The notes: generated by a model not told the origin, from the sequence alone. A stretch of 64,000 bases of DNA from an uncultured Phascolarctobacterium sp. (GCA_949285135.1 CASDXO010000001.1:70698-134697), one strand, 5' to 3'. Positions 28,757-37,808 are shown, counted from the first letter of the stretch. Numbers and translations: made by a program.

Positions 28757-28865
28757 AAAGTAAGATTGTTAACACTTATTTTATTTAAAATATCTTCTTT
28801 CATAAATTAATAAATACAGACATGTAATATATAAAATGTATATGAATTATTTTAAATAATAAAAA

Positions 28866-28881
28866 TGTTGCCTGTGCAACA
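28866..28881. promoter_or_regulatory. 16-bp palindrome TGTTGC-CTGT-GCAACA (site 2)
   Basis: Perfect inverted repeat about 110 bp upstream of the regulator start codon. Confidence 0.5.
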
Positions 28882-28914
28882 TAGTTACATAATACTTACT
28901 TTAATTACAAAATA

Positions 28915-28942
28915 TTTACTTATATATATGGTCAAGTATAAT
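28915..28942 (+). promoter_or_regulatory. candidate promoter of the Crp/Fnr regulator gene
   Basis: TTTACT (28915-28920), a 16-nt spacer, then TATAAT (28937-28942). Confidence 0.45.
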
Positions 28943-28989
28943 AAAATCACAAAGGAAAACAGAAATTAAAAGTAGATGGGTGAATTTTG

Positions 28990-29682
28990 ATGGATATGAA
29001 GTTGTCTTTACAGAAAATAAACGATATACCGCTTTTTGAAGGGCTGGGCAGTGACGAAATAAAAGAAGTGCTTACCAAAGCCAATGCGCTGATTAAACAT
29101 TTTCAAAAATCAGACTATATTTTTCTGGCGGGCGACTGCGTAGAAAATCTGTGCGTAGTTATTAATGGCACGGTGCAGATGATTAAAGAGGATATTTGGG
29201 GAGAAAAATCTATTATCGCCAATCTTGGGGCAGGTTCTGTGTTCGCGGAGAACTTTCTCGGACGTCGCGGTGATCGCAGTATCGTCAGTTACTTTGCGGC
29301 CAGCGACAGCGAAATATTGATGCTGCCTTTTGGCAAGATGATGTCCGGCGGCGATAACAAGCTGCTGCAGGGAAAGCTTGCTTTTAATATTGTTTCTGTT
29401 TTGGCAGATAATAATACGAAGCTGATTGAAAAAACCGAAATTCTCTGCAAAAAGACATTGAAAGGTAAGATTATGGCTTATCTGGAGCAGGAGGCAAACA
29501 ATCAGGGCAGCAGAAAAGTAGTGGTCCCTTTTAACCGCACTGATATGGCTAACTATCTTGATGCCGACAGAAGTGCGCTGACCCGTGAGCTTTCCAGAAT
29601 GCGTGAGGAAGGCCTTATTGATTTTGAAAAGAATGTCTTTGTGCTTTTGGATAAAAAAAGCGGGAAAAAAACAGATGAGTGA
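28990..29682 (+). CDS. Crp/Fnr family transcriptional regulator
   Basis: 230 aa. cNMP-binding-like beta-roll (IPLFEGL...GAGSVFAE) and a C-terminal HTH (RTDMANYLDADRSALTRELSRMREEGLI). It has no FNR-type N-terminal cysteine cluster. ATG 28990 lies 7 nt after GGGTGA. Confidence 0.9.
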   Translation: MDMKLSLQKINDIPLFEGLGSDEIKEVLTKANALIKHFQKSDYIFLAGDCVENLCVVINGTVQMIKEDIWGEKSIIANLGAGSVFAENFLGRRGDRSIVSYFAASDSEILMLPFGKMMSGGDNKLLQGKLAFNIVSVLADNNTKLIEKTEILCKKTLKGKIMAYLEQEANNQGSRKVVVPFNRTDMANYLDADRSALTRELSRMREEGLIDFEKNVFVLLDKKSGKKTDE

Positions 29683-29688
29683 GTCCTG

Positions 29689-29731
29689 TCGGACACCGGA
29701 TGCGTGAACATCGGTGTCCGATTTTATTTTT
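29689..29731 (+). terminator. intrinsic terminator after the regulator gene
   Basis: TCGGACACCG-N13-CGGTGTCCGA followed by TTTTATTTTT. Confidence 0.85.
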
Positions 29732-29808
29732 ATGCAGTTTCTGTCAATATAATTAAAAAACTAAAAAAAGCGGCAGAAGTCCTGCAGAGGGTCTTGCAGA
29801 GCGGAAAG

Positions 29809-29824
29809 TGTTGCTTTAGCAACA
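29809..29824. promoter_or_regulatory. 16-bp palindrome TGTTGC-TTTA-GCAACA (site 3)
   Basis: Perfect inverted repeat centred exactly 41.5 bp upstream of the start point implied by the -10 at 29846-29851. Confidence 0.55.
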
Positions 29825-29842
29825 GAAGTTTTCGGTAAAAAT

Positions 29843-29851
29843 TGGTATTAT
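29843..29851 (+). promoter_or_regulatory. extended -10 (TGgTATTAT) of the DASS permease promoter
   Basis: TG at 29843-29844 and TATTAT at 29846-29851, with no recognisable -35. That is the class II activator-dependent layout. Confidence 0.5.
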
Positions 29852-29903
29852 AAGTTTGCAAGTTGATGAGACTTGTAAAAATTTTATAAAGGAGGAACAG
29901 AAA

Positions 29904-31178
29904 ATGTCCCCAGCAGTAAAATGTTTAATTCTGTTGGCAGTAGTTGCACTTTTCTTCGTAACTGAACTTATCCCTCTGGCAATTACTGCAATGGCAGGCG
30001 CTATCGCATGCGGCCTGTTAGGTTTCATTCCTGCTAAACAGGTATTCTCCGGTTTGTCCGACTCTACCGTAGTACTGTTCGCAGGTATGTTCGTTGTAGG
30101 TGCAGCAATGTTCTACACCGGTTTGGCTCAGAAAATTGGTAACACCGTTGTTAAAATGTGTGGTACCGGTGAAAACAGCCTGATGTTCGGTCTGATGCTC
30201 GTTGGTACTTTACTTTCTTCTGTATTGTCCAACACTGGTACCGCAGCTTGCCTGCTTCCTGTAGCACTCGGTATCTGCGCAGCTGCTAAGATTCCGGCTT
30301 CCCGTCAGTTGATGCCTTTGGCATTTGCCTGCGGTTGGGGCGGTATCATCACCATGGTTGGTACTCCGCCTAACATCATTGCAACTGGTGCAATGACTGC
30401 AGCTGGTCTGCCGGCATTCGGCTTCTTCGAATTTGCCTGGATCGGTATTCCTGTATCTGTAGCAGGTATGCTGTACATGATGTTCATCGGCAAACATCTC
30501 CTGCCGAAAGTTGAACTGGACGCTGATCAGGAAATCGAACAGGAAATCGAAGCTTCTTCCACTTCCACTAACAAAATGATCATCTCCGGCGTTATCCTGC
30601 TGTTAGTTGTTATTACCATGGCAATCGGCATCCCGGGCGTAACTCTGGAAATGGCAGCAATCATCGGTGCTCTGGTTTGCGTACTGACCGGCTGCCTGAC
30701 TGAAAAACAAGCATATGCTTCCATCGACTGGGTAACTATCTTCCTGTTCGCTGGTATGATGCCTGTATCTTCCGCAATGGATAAAACCGGCGCTGGTAAA
30801 CTGGTTGCTGAGTTCTGCGTTGGCCTGATGGGCGGTTCTCCTTCCCCGATGGTTGTTACTGCAGTACTGTTCATCCTGTCCTGCGGCCTGACCCAGTTCA
30901 TGTCCAACACTGCATCTGCAGCTCTGCTGTGCCCGATCGGCATTGCAATCTCCAAACAACTGGGTGCTGACCCGAAAGCAGTATTGATGGCAATTGCGGT
31001 TGCAGCTTCCTGCGCATTCGCAACTCCTGTTGGTACTCCTCCGAACACCCTGGTTCTTGGCCCTGGCGGATACAAATTCATGGACTACGTTAAAGCTGGT
31101 ACCGGTCTGGTAATCGTAGCATTTATCGTATCCTTGGTTATCATTCCTATCGTATGGCCTTTCTTCCCCGGCAAATAA
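29904..31178 (+). CDS. SLC13/DASS family anion:cation symporter (di/tricarboxylate-type permease)
   Basis: 424 aa polytopic protein with two repeats carrying the hairpin motifs SSVLSNTGTA and QFMSNTASAA. ATG 29904 lies 8 nt after AAGGAGG. Confidence 0.88.
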   Translation: MSPAVKCLILLAVVALFFVTELIPLAITAMAGAIACGLLGFIPAKQVFSGLSDSTVVLFAGMFVVGAAMFYTGLAQKIGNTVVKMCGTGENSLMFGLMLVGTLLSSVLSNTGTAACLLPVALGICAAAKIPASRQLMPLAFACGWGGIITMVGTPPNIIATGAMTAAGLPAFGFFEFAWIGIPVSVAGMLYMMFIGKHLLPKVELDADQEIEQEIEASSTSTNKMIISGVILLLVVITMAIGIPGVTLEMAAIIGALVCVLTGCLTEKQAYASIDWVTIFLFAGMMPVSSAMDKTGAGKLVAEFCVGLMGGSPSPMVVTAVLFILSCGLTQFMSNTASAALLCPIGIAISKQLGADPKAVLMAIAVAASCAFATPVGTPPNTLVLGPGGYKFMDYVKAGTGLVIVAFIVSLVIIPIVWPFFPGK

Positions 31179-31208
31179 TTTAACCTAAATTATATACGGG
31201 AAACAAGT

Positions 31209-31246
31209 AAACCTGCTGTGAGCGTAAGCTTGCAGCAGGTTTTTTG
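31209..31246 (+). terminator. intrinsic terminator after the permease gene
   Basis: AACCTGCTG-N14-CAGCAGGTT followed by TTTTT. Confidence 0.8.
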
Positions 31247-31330
31247 CGTTTTATGTGTAATTAAGTTAATAACACAGGCTTGTTTTTATGGGTAAGCATA
31301 AAGTTTGAATTTTTAAGCGTGGTGAAGAAA

Positions 31331-32056
31331 ATGCAGAATTTTACTTTTACAGGCCCTTATGGAGCAATTGAATGTATCGTAAACAGCTGCGCAAAGGCTG
31401 ATGCGCCGGTGCTTATTATGGCTCATGGCTTCCGCGGCAGCAGAGACGGCGGCGGGCGCGCCGTAGAGCTGGCAGCAGGAGCGCAGGAGTGTGTAAACGT
31501 GGTGCGTTTTAACTTTAACGGCAGCCAGATTCTTTCCCGTCAGATTGAAGAATTACAGGCCGTCATCACTGCGGTGCGCAAGCAGCTGCCGGACAGAAAA
31601 ATTATTCTGTTAGGACGCAGTCTGGGCGGGGCGGCGGCACTGCTTACGGCGTCACAGGATGAAAATATTGCCGGACTTATTTTATGGGCAGCGCCTAATA
31701 ATCTGCGTGCAACTTTTTTACAGGCGTTGGGGCGTGAGCAGTATGAGCTTTTAGACAGCGGCGTTACGCTGCATCTGGCTGATGAGCGGGGCGAGCTGAA
31801 TTTGACGCCGGATTTTCTGACAGATATTGATAAATATGACGTGGATGCCGCATTGCGCAGCTGGCAGCATCGTCCCGTGCTTATTCTGCACGGCGAGGCA
31901 GACGAAACGGTAGCGGTAAATCAGGCATATCGTAATTTTGCGCTGCTGAATGTGAAGAAAGAAATACATACTTTTCCTGACGGCGACCACAGTTTTACCT
32001 GCTGCAGCAGTGAGGCTGCAACGATTATCTGCAGATGGCTGCGCCAATTTGCATAA
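31331..32056 (+). CDS. alpha/beta hydrolase
   Basis: 241 aa. Nucleophile elbow GRSLGG, HGEADETV (Asp) and GDHSF (His). ATG 31331 follows GGTGAAG. Confidence 0.85.
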   Translation: MQNFTFTGPYGAIECIVNSCAKADAPVLIMAHGFRGSRDGGGRAVELAAGAQECVNVVRFNFNGSQILSRQIEELQAVITAVRKQLPDRKIILLGRSLGGAAALLTASQDENIAGLILWAAPNNLRATFLQALGREQYELLDSGVTLHLADERGELNLTPDFLTDIDKYDVDAALRSWQHRPVLILHGEADETVAVNQAYRNFALLNVKKEIHTFPDGDHSFTCCSSEAATIICRWLRQFA

Positions 32057-32120
32057 TTTATTTTTTTGCCAATTAGTTGTATAATGTAAAATGTAGAAAT
32101 CTATTTTTCGGAGGATGAAT

Positions 32121-32675
32121 GTGAAAAAGTTATTTTTGATATGTATGCTGCTTATCTGCTCTTTGGCTGCTTCTGCCTGCGGCAAGGAAGCGGAGGCTCC
32201 TAAGGCAGAACCGGCAACAGCTGTTTTTGAAACCAGCATGGGCTCATTCGAGGTGAAGCTGGCAACCGATCTTGCTCCCAATACCTGCGCTAATTTCATC
32301 AGTCTGGCCAATAAGGGCTTTTATAACGGACTGATTTTTCACCGCGTTATCGACGGCTTTATGATTCAGGGCGGCGACCCCAACGGCAATGGCACAGGGG
32401 GACCCGGCTATACTATTAAAGACGAATTTTCTTCCAGACTGCTCCATGATGGGGCCGGAGTTTTATCCATGGCCAATGCCGGCCCCAATACCGGCGGCAG
32501 CCAGTTTTTCATTACTCTGGAACCCTGCCCTTGGCTGGACGGACGCCACGCTGTTTTTGGCAAGGTGACCAAAGGTATGGACGTGGTGTACAAGATAGGC
32601 AAGGTTCCTACAGACGGCAGTGATAAGCCGCTGCAGGACGTGGTTATTAAAAAGCTTACTATCGAAAAGCGTTAA
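32121..32675 (+). CDS. peptidylprolyl isomerase, cyclophilin type, lipoprotein
   Basis: Lipobox [41 protein letters not shown] 32121 lies 6 nt after GGAGG; ATG 32115 abuts the SD. Confidence 0.9.
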   Translation: MKKLFLICMLLICSLAASACGKEAEAPKAEPATAVFETSMGSFEVKLATDLAPNTCANFISLANKGFYNGLIFHRVIDGFMIQGGDPNGNGTGGPGYTIKDEFSSRLLHDGAGVLSMANAGPNTGGSQFFITLEPCPWLDGRHAVFGKVTKGMDVVYKIGKVPTDGSDKPLQDVVIKKLTIEKR

Positions 32676-32692
32676 GCTGAGGAGGAGACAGA

Positions 32693-33676
32693 TTGTTGCA
32701 GCAGACCGAAAGCATTATAGAAACCGTTGACCAGCAGGAAATGGTGGGTATCTGCGGCAGAAATGAAGAATTTCTGCGCATCATCCGCGACTCTTTTGCA
32801 AGCAGGATACTGGCACGCGGCAATCAGATTGCCATAGACGGGCCGGCTGAGGAAAATGAGCTGCTCAGGCAGCTGTTTACGGAGCTGTTATTCCTGTACC
32901 GGCAGGGACTGCCGCTGACGGTGCACGATGTTCGTTACAGCATCTTCATGGTGAAGGAGGGGCGTACGGACAAGCTGCATCGTATGTATGCGGATAATAT
33001 TATCACCAACAGCCGCGGACGGCAGGTAAAGGCCAAGACGCTGGGACAGTGGAACTATGTGGAAACGATCCGGCATAATTTTATTACCCTGGGCATCGGC
33101 CCTGCCGGTACCGGCAAGACCTATCTGGCAGTGGCGCTGGCAGTGGCGGCGCTCAAGAAAAAGGAAGTAGAGCGCATTGTCCTGACCCGCCCCGCAGTGG
33201 AAGCAGGCGAGAAGCTGGGCTTTCTGCCCGGTGATATGCAGGATAAGGTTGACCCCTACCTGCGCCCATTGTATGACGGACTTTATGATATGCTGGGCAG
33301 CGAAAGTTTCCAGAAGCATTTATCCCGCGGCACTATTGAGGTAGCTCCGCTGGCGTATATGCGCGGACGTACGCTGAACGATTCCTTTATTATTCTGGAC
33401 GAGGCCCAGAATACTACGCCGGAGCAGATGAAGATGTTTCTGACCCGTTTCGGTTTCGGCAGCAGGATGGTTATTACCGGCGATATTACCCAGATAGACC
33501 TGCCGGCAGGCAAAAGCAGCGGTCTGAAAGATGCTGCCCGCATCCTGCGTGACGTGGAAGGTATCGGTATTATAAAATTTGACGAACATGATGTAGTGCG
33601 CCATGAAATTGTGGGCTCCATTATCAGAGCCTATGAAAATTTTGAGAAGCGCAGACAGACGGAGGCAGAAAAATGA
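32693..33676 (+). CDS. phoH: PhoH family ATPase
   Basis: 327 aa, TTG start after GAGGAGG. GPAGTGKTYLAV, ILDEAQNTT, ITGDITQIDLP. Confidence 0.93.
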   Translation: MLQQTESIIETVDQQEMVGICGRNEEFLRIIRDSFASRILARGNQIAIDGPAEENELLRQLFTELLFLYRQGLPLTVHDVRYSIFMVKEGRTDKLHRMYADNIITNSRGRQVKAKTLGQWNYVETIRHNFITLGIGPAGTGKTYLAVALAVAALKKKEVERIVLTRPAVEAGEKLGFLPGDMQDKVDPYLRPLYDGLYDMLGSESFQKHLSRGTIEVAPLAYMRGRTLNDSFIILDEAQNTTPEQMKMFLTRFGFGSRMVITGDITQIDLPAGKSSGLKDAARILRDVEGIGIIKFDEHDVVRHEIVGSIIRAYENFEKRRQTEAEK

Positions 33677-34161
33677 TCATCAATTTTGAAAATGATCAGG
33701 ATAAAATAGTTTTAAGTGAATATATGGAAAAGCGCCTGTATGACGGTTTAAATGCCGTGGCACGACTGCATGGCCTGACTGATATGACTGAAGTTGACAT
33801 TACCATCGTGGATGATGAAGAAATACACACGCTGAACCGCGACTACCGCAATGTGGACAGGCCGACGGACGTACTGAGCTTTGCTCTTGACGAGGGCGAG
33901 GAAGAAGAACCGGAGCTGCTTGACGGGCCGGAAGAACATCTTTTAGGCGACATCATTATTTCGGCAGAAACTGCTCAGCGTCAGGGCGAGGAATTTGGCC
34001 ACGGCCTGGAACGCGAGATTGTGTACCTTGCCGTGCACGGACTTTTGCACCTTTTAGGTTACGACCATATGACGGACGAGGATAAAAAAGTAATGCGCGC
34101 TAAGGAAGAAGAAGCGCTGCGCGAAATACGTCTGTCCGAAGAATATCTGGAACAGAAATAG
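33673..34161 (+). CDS. ybeY: rRNA maturation RNase YbeY
   Basis: 162 aa. HGLLHLLGYDH zinc motif. ATGA overlap with phoH. Confidence 0.95.
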   Translation: MIINFENDQDKIVLSEYMEKRLYDGLNAVARLHGLTDMTEVDITIVDDEEIHTLNRDYRNVDRPTDVLSFALDEGEEEEPELLDGPEEHLLGDIIISAETAQRQGEEFGHGLEREIVYLAVHGLLHLLGYDHMTDEDKKVMRAKEEEALREIRLSEEYLEQK

Positions 34162-34170
34162 GTGACGCTG

Positions 34171-34545
34171 ATGGATAAGGAGCTTTTTGAGGCGGCGCTG
34201 GCTGCCCGCAGGAATGCCTATGCGCCCTATTCCAAATTTGCCGTGGGAGCGGCAGTACGTACGGCAGCAGGCAATATTTTTACCGGCTGCAATGTGGAGA
34301 ATGCGTCTTACGGGTTAAGCTGCTGCGCAGAGCGCTGCGCAATTTTTGCTGCTGTAGGAGCAGGAGAGAGAGAGTTTGCTGCTCTCTGCGTTGTTGCTGA
34401 TACCAAAGAGCCTGTTTCTCCCTGCGGCGCCTGCCGTCAGGTGATGACGGAGTTTAAGATTCCTGAGATAATTTTAGCAAATACTAACGGTGACGTTAAA
34501 ATATATACGCCGCAGGAGCTTTTACCCTACGGCTTTACCCTGTAA
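34171..34545 (+). CDS. cdd: cytidine deaminase
   Basis: 124 aa with YSKFAVGAA, CAERCAI, PCGACRQ. GTG 34162 is an alternative start. Confidence 0.92.
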   Translation: MDKELFEAALAARRNAYAPYSKFAVGAAVRTAAGNIFTGCNVENASYGLSCCAERCAIFAAVGAGEREFAALCVVADTKEPVSPCGACRQVMTEFKIPEIILANTNGDVKIYTPQELLPYGFTL

Positions 34546-34556
34546 GTATCTGGAGG

Positions 34557-35465
34557 TTGATTAACATAGACAGCAAAAAGCATTATGCCGGTTTTGCGGC
34601 TGTTGTAGGACGTCCCAACGTGGGCAAATCCACGCTGACCAACAATCTGATTGGCGAAAAAATCGCCATTATGTCCGACCGTCCGCAGACCACAAGAAAT
34701 AAAATTATGTGCATTATGAACACTGACAACGCTCAGATTATGTTCCTTGATACGCCCGGCATCCACAAGCCCCATCACAAACTGGGGGAATACATGGTGC
34801 GTACGGCAGAGAATACCTTGAAGGAAGTGGATGTTATCCTGTTTGTGGTGGATGCTTCCGAAAAGCGCGGTGCAGGTGAAGAATATATTACTGAGCTGCT
34901 GCAGAAGGTAAAAACACCGGTTATTCTGGTAGTCAATAAGATTGACAAACTGCAGGATAAGGACAGACTGTTCCGCATTATCGACGATTACAGCAGGACC
35001 TATGATTTTGCTGCGGTTGTACCTGTTTCGGCATTGGCAGATACCGAATTTCCGGGTCTGGTAGCGGAGATTACCAGACATCTGCCGGAGGGGCCGGCGT
35101 ATTTTCCTGATGATATGATTACCGACCAGCCTGAACGCGTTATTGCGGCAGAGATGATCAGGGAAAAAATCCTGCTGCTGACTCGCGACGAAATCCCGCA
35201 TTCTATTGCGGTCGAGGTAGAAGAGTTTAAAGAACGCAACAACGACGACGTTTATATTCGTGCTACAATTTTTGTGGAGCGCGACTCCCAGAAGGGCATC
35301 GTCATCGGTGCCAAAGGCAGTCTGCTGAAAAAGATTGGCCAGCAGGCACGTGCAGATATTGAAGGCCTTTTGGGCTGCAAGGTGTTCCTTGACCTGTGGG
35401 TTAAGGTAAAAGCTGACTGGCGCAACAAAGATAAGGCGCTGAGACAGTTTGGCTATAACGACTGA
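34557..35465 (+). CDS. era: GTPase Era
   Basis: GRPNVGKST, DTPG, NKID and a C-terminal KH domain. The start codon is uncertain because TTG 34557 abuts GGAGG (see findings). Confidence 0.93.
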   Translation: MINIDSKKHYAGFAAVVGRPNVGKSTLTNNLIGEKIAIMSDRPQTTRNKIMCIMNTDNAQIMFLDTPGIHKPHHKLGEYMVRTAENTLKEVDVILFVVDASEKRGAGEEYITELLQKVKTPVILVVNKIDKLQDKDRLFRIIDDYSRTYDFAAVVPVSALADTEFPGLVAEITRHLPEGPAYFPDDMITDQPERVIAAEMIREKILLLTRDEIPHSIAVEVEEFKERNNDDVYIRATIFVERDSQKGIVIGAKGSLLKKIGQQARADIEGLLGCKVFLDLWVKVKADWRNKDKALRQFGYND

Positions 35466-35536
35466 ATGTAAAATTTGTTAAGGAGTGATGACTTATCGAC
35501 GGCGATCCTGCTATCAGACTGATTAGCGAAATTTTA

Positions 35537-36820
35537 TTGGTGATCCTTGTTATTTTCTTAAACGGTTTTTTTGTACTTGCGGAATATTCACTGGTGCGTG
35601 TGCGTTCCAGCCGTCTGGAAGAAATGGAGCAGCATGGTGAGGGAACGGCTTCTATCGTGCTGCGTATTTCCAAAAAGCGTGAAACCTATCTCAGCGCCAT
35701 TCAGGTGGGCATTACTGCTTCATCCGTCCTGCTGGGCATTTTAGGCGGGCCGCTGTTTGCCCGTCTGCTGGCAGCTGACGGTATGCTGGATAAAGGTCTG
35801 GCATGGGCGTGCTCATTTCTGTTTGTCGTTTTTCTGCATGTAGTGTTCGGCGAACTTGTTCCCCGTGCCATTGCAGTCAGTAAGGTAGAAAAAATAGTGC
35901 TGCTGGTATCCTATCCGCTGGTGCTCATTCACTATCTGCTGTATCCGCTGGTGCTTATTTTCAATAAAGTAGCACGGCTGGTGCTGGGGGCGCTGGGCAT
36001 TTCTCAGCTGCCCAAGGAGGATATTTCCCGCAGTGAGGATGAGCTGCGCAAGATTGTCAGTGCCAGTGAGCAGCACGGTCAGCTTGACCATGCGGAAAGC
36101 AGGATGATTGATAACGTTTTTGATTTTGCCGACCGCGTGGCCAGAGAAATCATGGTGCCGCGTCAGGACATGGTGTGCCTGTATACCGACGATTCTCTGG
36201 CAGAAAACCTGCAGGTGGTGCGGGAAGGCAAGCATACCCGTTATCCTTTGTGCGATGAGGATAAAGACCATGTCATCGGCATCGTGCATGTGCAGGACCT
36301 TATCGACCTTGATTCCAGACAGGAAAACTTTGATTTCCGGCAGATTATGCGCCCTATCAGCGTAGTGCCTGAAGCCATGTCCACAGTAAAGGTGTTGCAG
36401 ATGCTGCAGCAGAAGCACCAGCAGATGGCTCTGGTGGCTGACGAATACGGAGGCACGGCTGGCCTCGTAACAGTAGAGGACCTGGTAGAAGAAATAGTCG
36501 GCGAGATTCAGGATGAGCATGAAGCAGATGAGCCGGACGATATTGTTAAGCTGTCTGATACGGAATATGAGTTTGACGGTCTGGTGCTGCTGGATGAAAT
36601 TACCGACATCCTTGGTGTCAGCTTTGATGACCCCGAGGAAGATACTATCGGCGGCTACATTTTCGGTCTGCTGGGACGCAAGCCGGAAGTGGGCGATAAA
36701 GCAGAAATAGGCTGCTACGACTTTACCGTGTTGCAGGCAGAAGGTTTCCGCGTGCTGCGCGTGCGGGCAGTACGGGTACGGGATGATGAAGATGCAGGAC
36801 AGGACGAACAGTATCAGTGA
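35537..36820 (+). CDS. CNNM/CorC-type hemolysin family protein (DUF21-CBS pair-CorC_HlyC)
   Basis: LNGFFVLAEYSLV (DUF21), a CBS pair, and a CorC_HlyC C-domain. The true start is probably upstream of the track start (see findings). Confidence 0.88.
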   Translation: MVILVIFLNGFFVLAEYSLVRVRSSRLEEMEQHGEGTASIVLRISKKRETYLSAIQVGITASSVLLGILGGPLFARLLAADGMLDKGLAWACSFLFVVFLHVVFGELVPRAIAVSKVEKIVLLVSYPLVLIHYLLYPLVLIFNKVARLVLGALGISQLPKEDISRSEDELRKIVSASEQHGQLDHAESRMIDNVFDFADRVAREIMVPRQDMVCLYTDDSLAENLQVVREGKHTRYPLCDEDKDHVIGIVHVQDLIDLDSRQENFDFRQIMRPISVVPEAMSTVKVLQMLQQKHQQMALVADEYGGTAGLVTVEDLVEEIVGEIQDEHEADEPDDIVKLSDTEYEFDGLVLLDEITDILGVSFDDPEEDTIGGYIFGLLGRKPEVGDKAEIGCYDFTVLQAEGFRVLRVRAVRVRDDEDAGQDEQYQ

Positions 36821-37541
36821 TCAGGGCGTAGTGCTTATGGTACGCAACTGGCAGACAGCAGATAAATATGCCATCTGTTTTACCAAAGAGCACGGCAAAG
36901 TACGGTTTATCGCCTATGGTGCACGTTACGTAAAAAATACTGCCGGCAGGATTTTGCAGCCTTTTGTCAGTCTGCAGCTGGAAATTACAGCGGGGCAGAA
37001 AATAGACCGGCTGAAAAGCTGCGAGCTGCTGCGTCTGCCGCAGGTTTACGATTTTAAAGAAATGGCCTACGGCGCAGTAATTTCCGAAATTACTGCCGTA
37101 TTGACAGAAGATCATCAGCCGCAGCCGGAAATCTACGACCTGCTGGAGCAGGCTTTTCCTCTGCTTAAAAAGCATAATCCCAGGCTGGTGACGGCAGCTT
37201 ATATTTTGCAGCTGCTTGCTTTAACAGGCTTTGCTCCGCAGATAGAAAGCTGCGTTGTCTGCGGCAGGCAGCCGGAAGCAGACGAAGATTGCTGCTTCAG
37301 TCCGCTGCAGGGAGGGCTGGTGTGCCGTGAGTGCGCTGCCGGCGGCGAAGAACCTTTCAGTGCCGGGACGCGCAGACTTTTGACGCAGCTGCAGCAGCTG
37401 GATTTTCAGTCGCCGCAGAAATTCAGCGTGCGGGGAGCGCATCTTATGGAACTGGAACGTCTGCTGTGCAGGTTTTTGCTGTTCCAGACCGACAAGCCGC
37501 TGAAAAGTCTGGACTATTTAAACAGACTGGACATTTGCTGA
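36783..37541 (+). CDS. recO: DNA repair protein RecO
   Basis: 252 aa. N-terminal OB fold and a CxxC..CxxC zinc motif (CVVCG...CRECA). It sits in the conserved position downstream of era. Confidence 0.9.
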   Translation: MMKMQDRTNSISDQGVVLMVRNWQTADKYAICFTKEHGKVRFIAYGARYVKNTAGRILQPFVSLQLEITAGQKIDRLKSCELLRLPQVYDFKEMAYGAVISEITAVLTEDHQPQPEIYDLLEQAFPLLKKHNPRLVTAAYILQLLALTGFAPQIESCVVCGRQPEADEDCCFSPLQGGLVCRECAAGGEEPFSAGTRRLLTQLQQLDFQSPQKFSVRGAHLMELERLLCRFLLFQTDKPLKSLDYLNRLDIC

Positions 37542-37570
37542 TTGACAAAACAGATTGATTCTGTTATATT
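37542..37570 (+). promoter_or_regulatory. glyQS promoter
   Basis: TTGACA (37542-37547), a 17-nt spacer, then TGt-TATATT (37562-37570). Confidence 0.6.
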
Positions 37571-37576
37571 TGAGTT

Positions 37577-37784
37577 TAAGCTATGAAAAAGAGGAGTAGC
37601 CTGCAAAAATAAGCGAGCCGGGACGGTGCAAGCCGGAAACAGCGGGTGAAGGCGCTTTGGAGCCGTAAATAAATATTGCTTGAGGCGGATTGCATTATTA
37701 TAGCAGTCAAGCAGGGTGGAACCGCGGAGTTTACATCTCCGTCCCTGTAACATATTTGTTGCAGGGACGGAGATTTTCGTTTTT
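37577..37784 (+). promoter_or_regulatory. T-box riboswitch leader, glycine specifier (GGC)
   Basis: Stem I elements (AGAGGAGTAG, GGTGCAAGCC), specifier context GAAGGCGC (GGC at 37651-37653) and T-box sequence CAGGGTGGAACCGCGG (37712-37727). The terminator is ATCTCCGTCCCTG-N14-CAGGGACGGAGAT followed by TTTCGTTTTT (37735-37784). The layout is very close to the B. subtilis glyQS leader. Confidence 0.9.
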
Positions 37785-37808
37785 GTAACAGAAAATAGGA
37801 GGCAGAAA

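Noticed and set aside
28801-28860. AT-rich segment containing TGTATA, considered as a dif (XerCD) site.
   Set aside because: The flanking arms do not match the XerC/XerD half-sites as I remember them (for example TTATGTTAAAT). The resemblance is limited to the AT-rich core.
36783-36820. 38-nt overlap between the CNNM-type gene and recO, considered as a possible frameshift or fusion.
   Set aside because: Both reading frames give full-length, domain-complete products. recO may in fact start at the third Met (36792), which reduces the overlap. There is no evidence of a disrupted gene.
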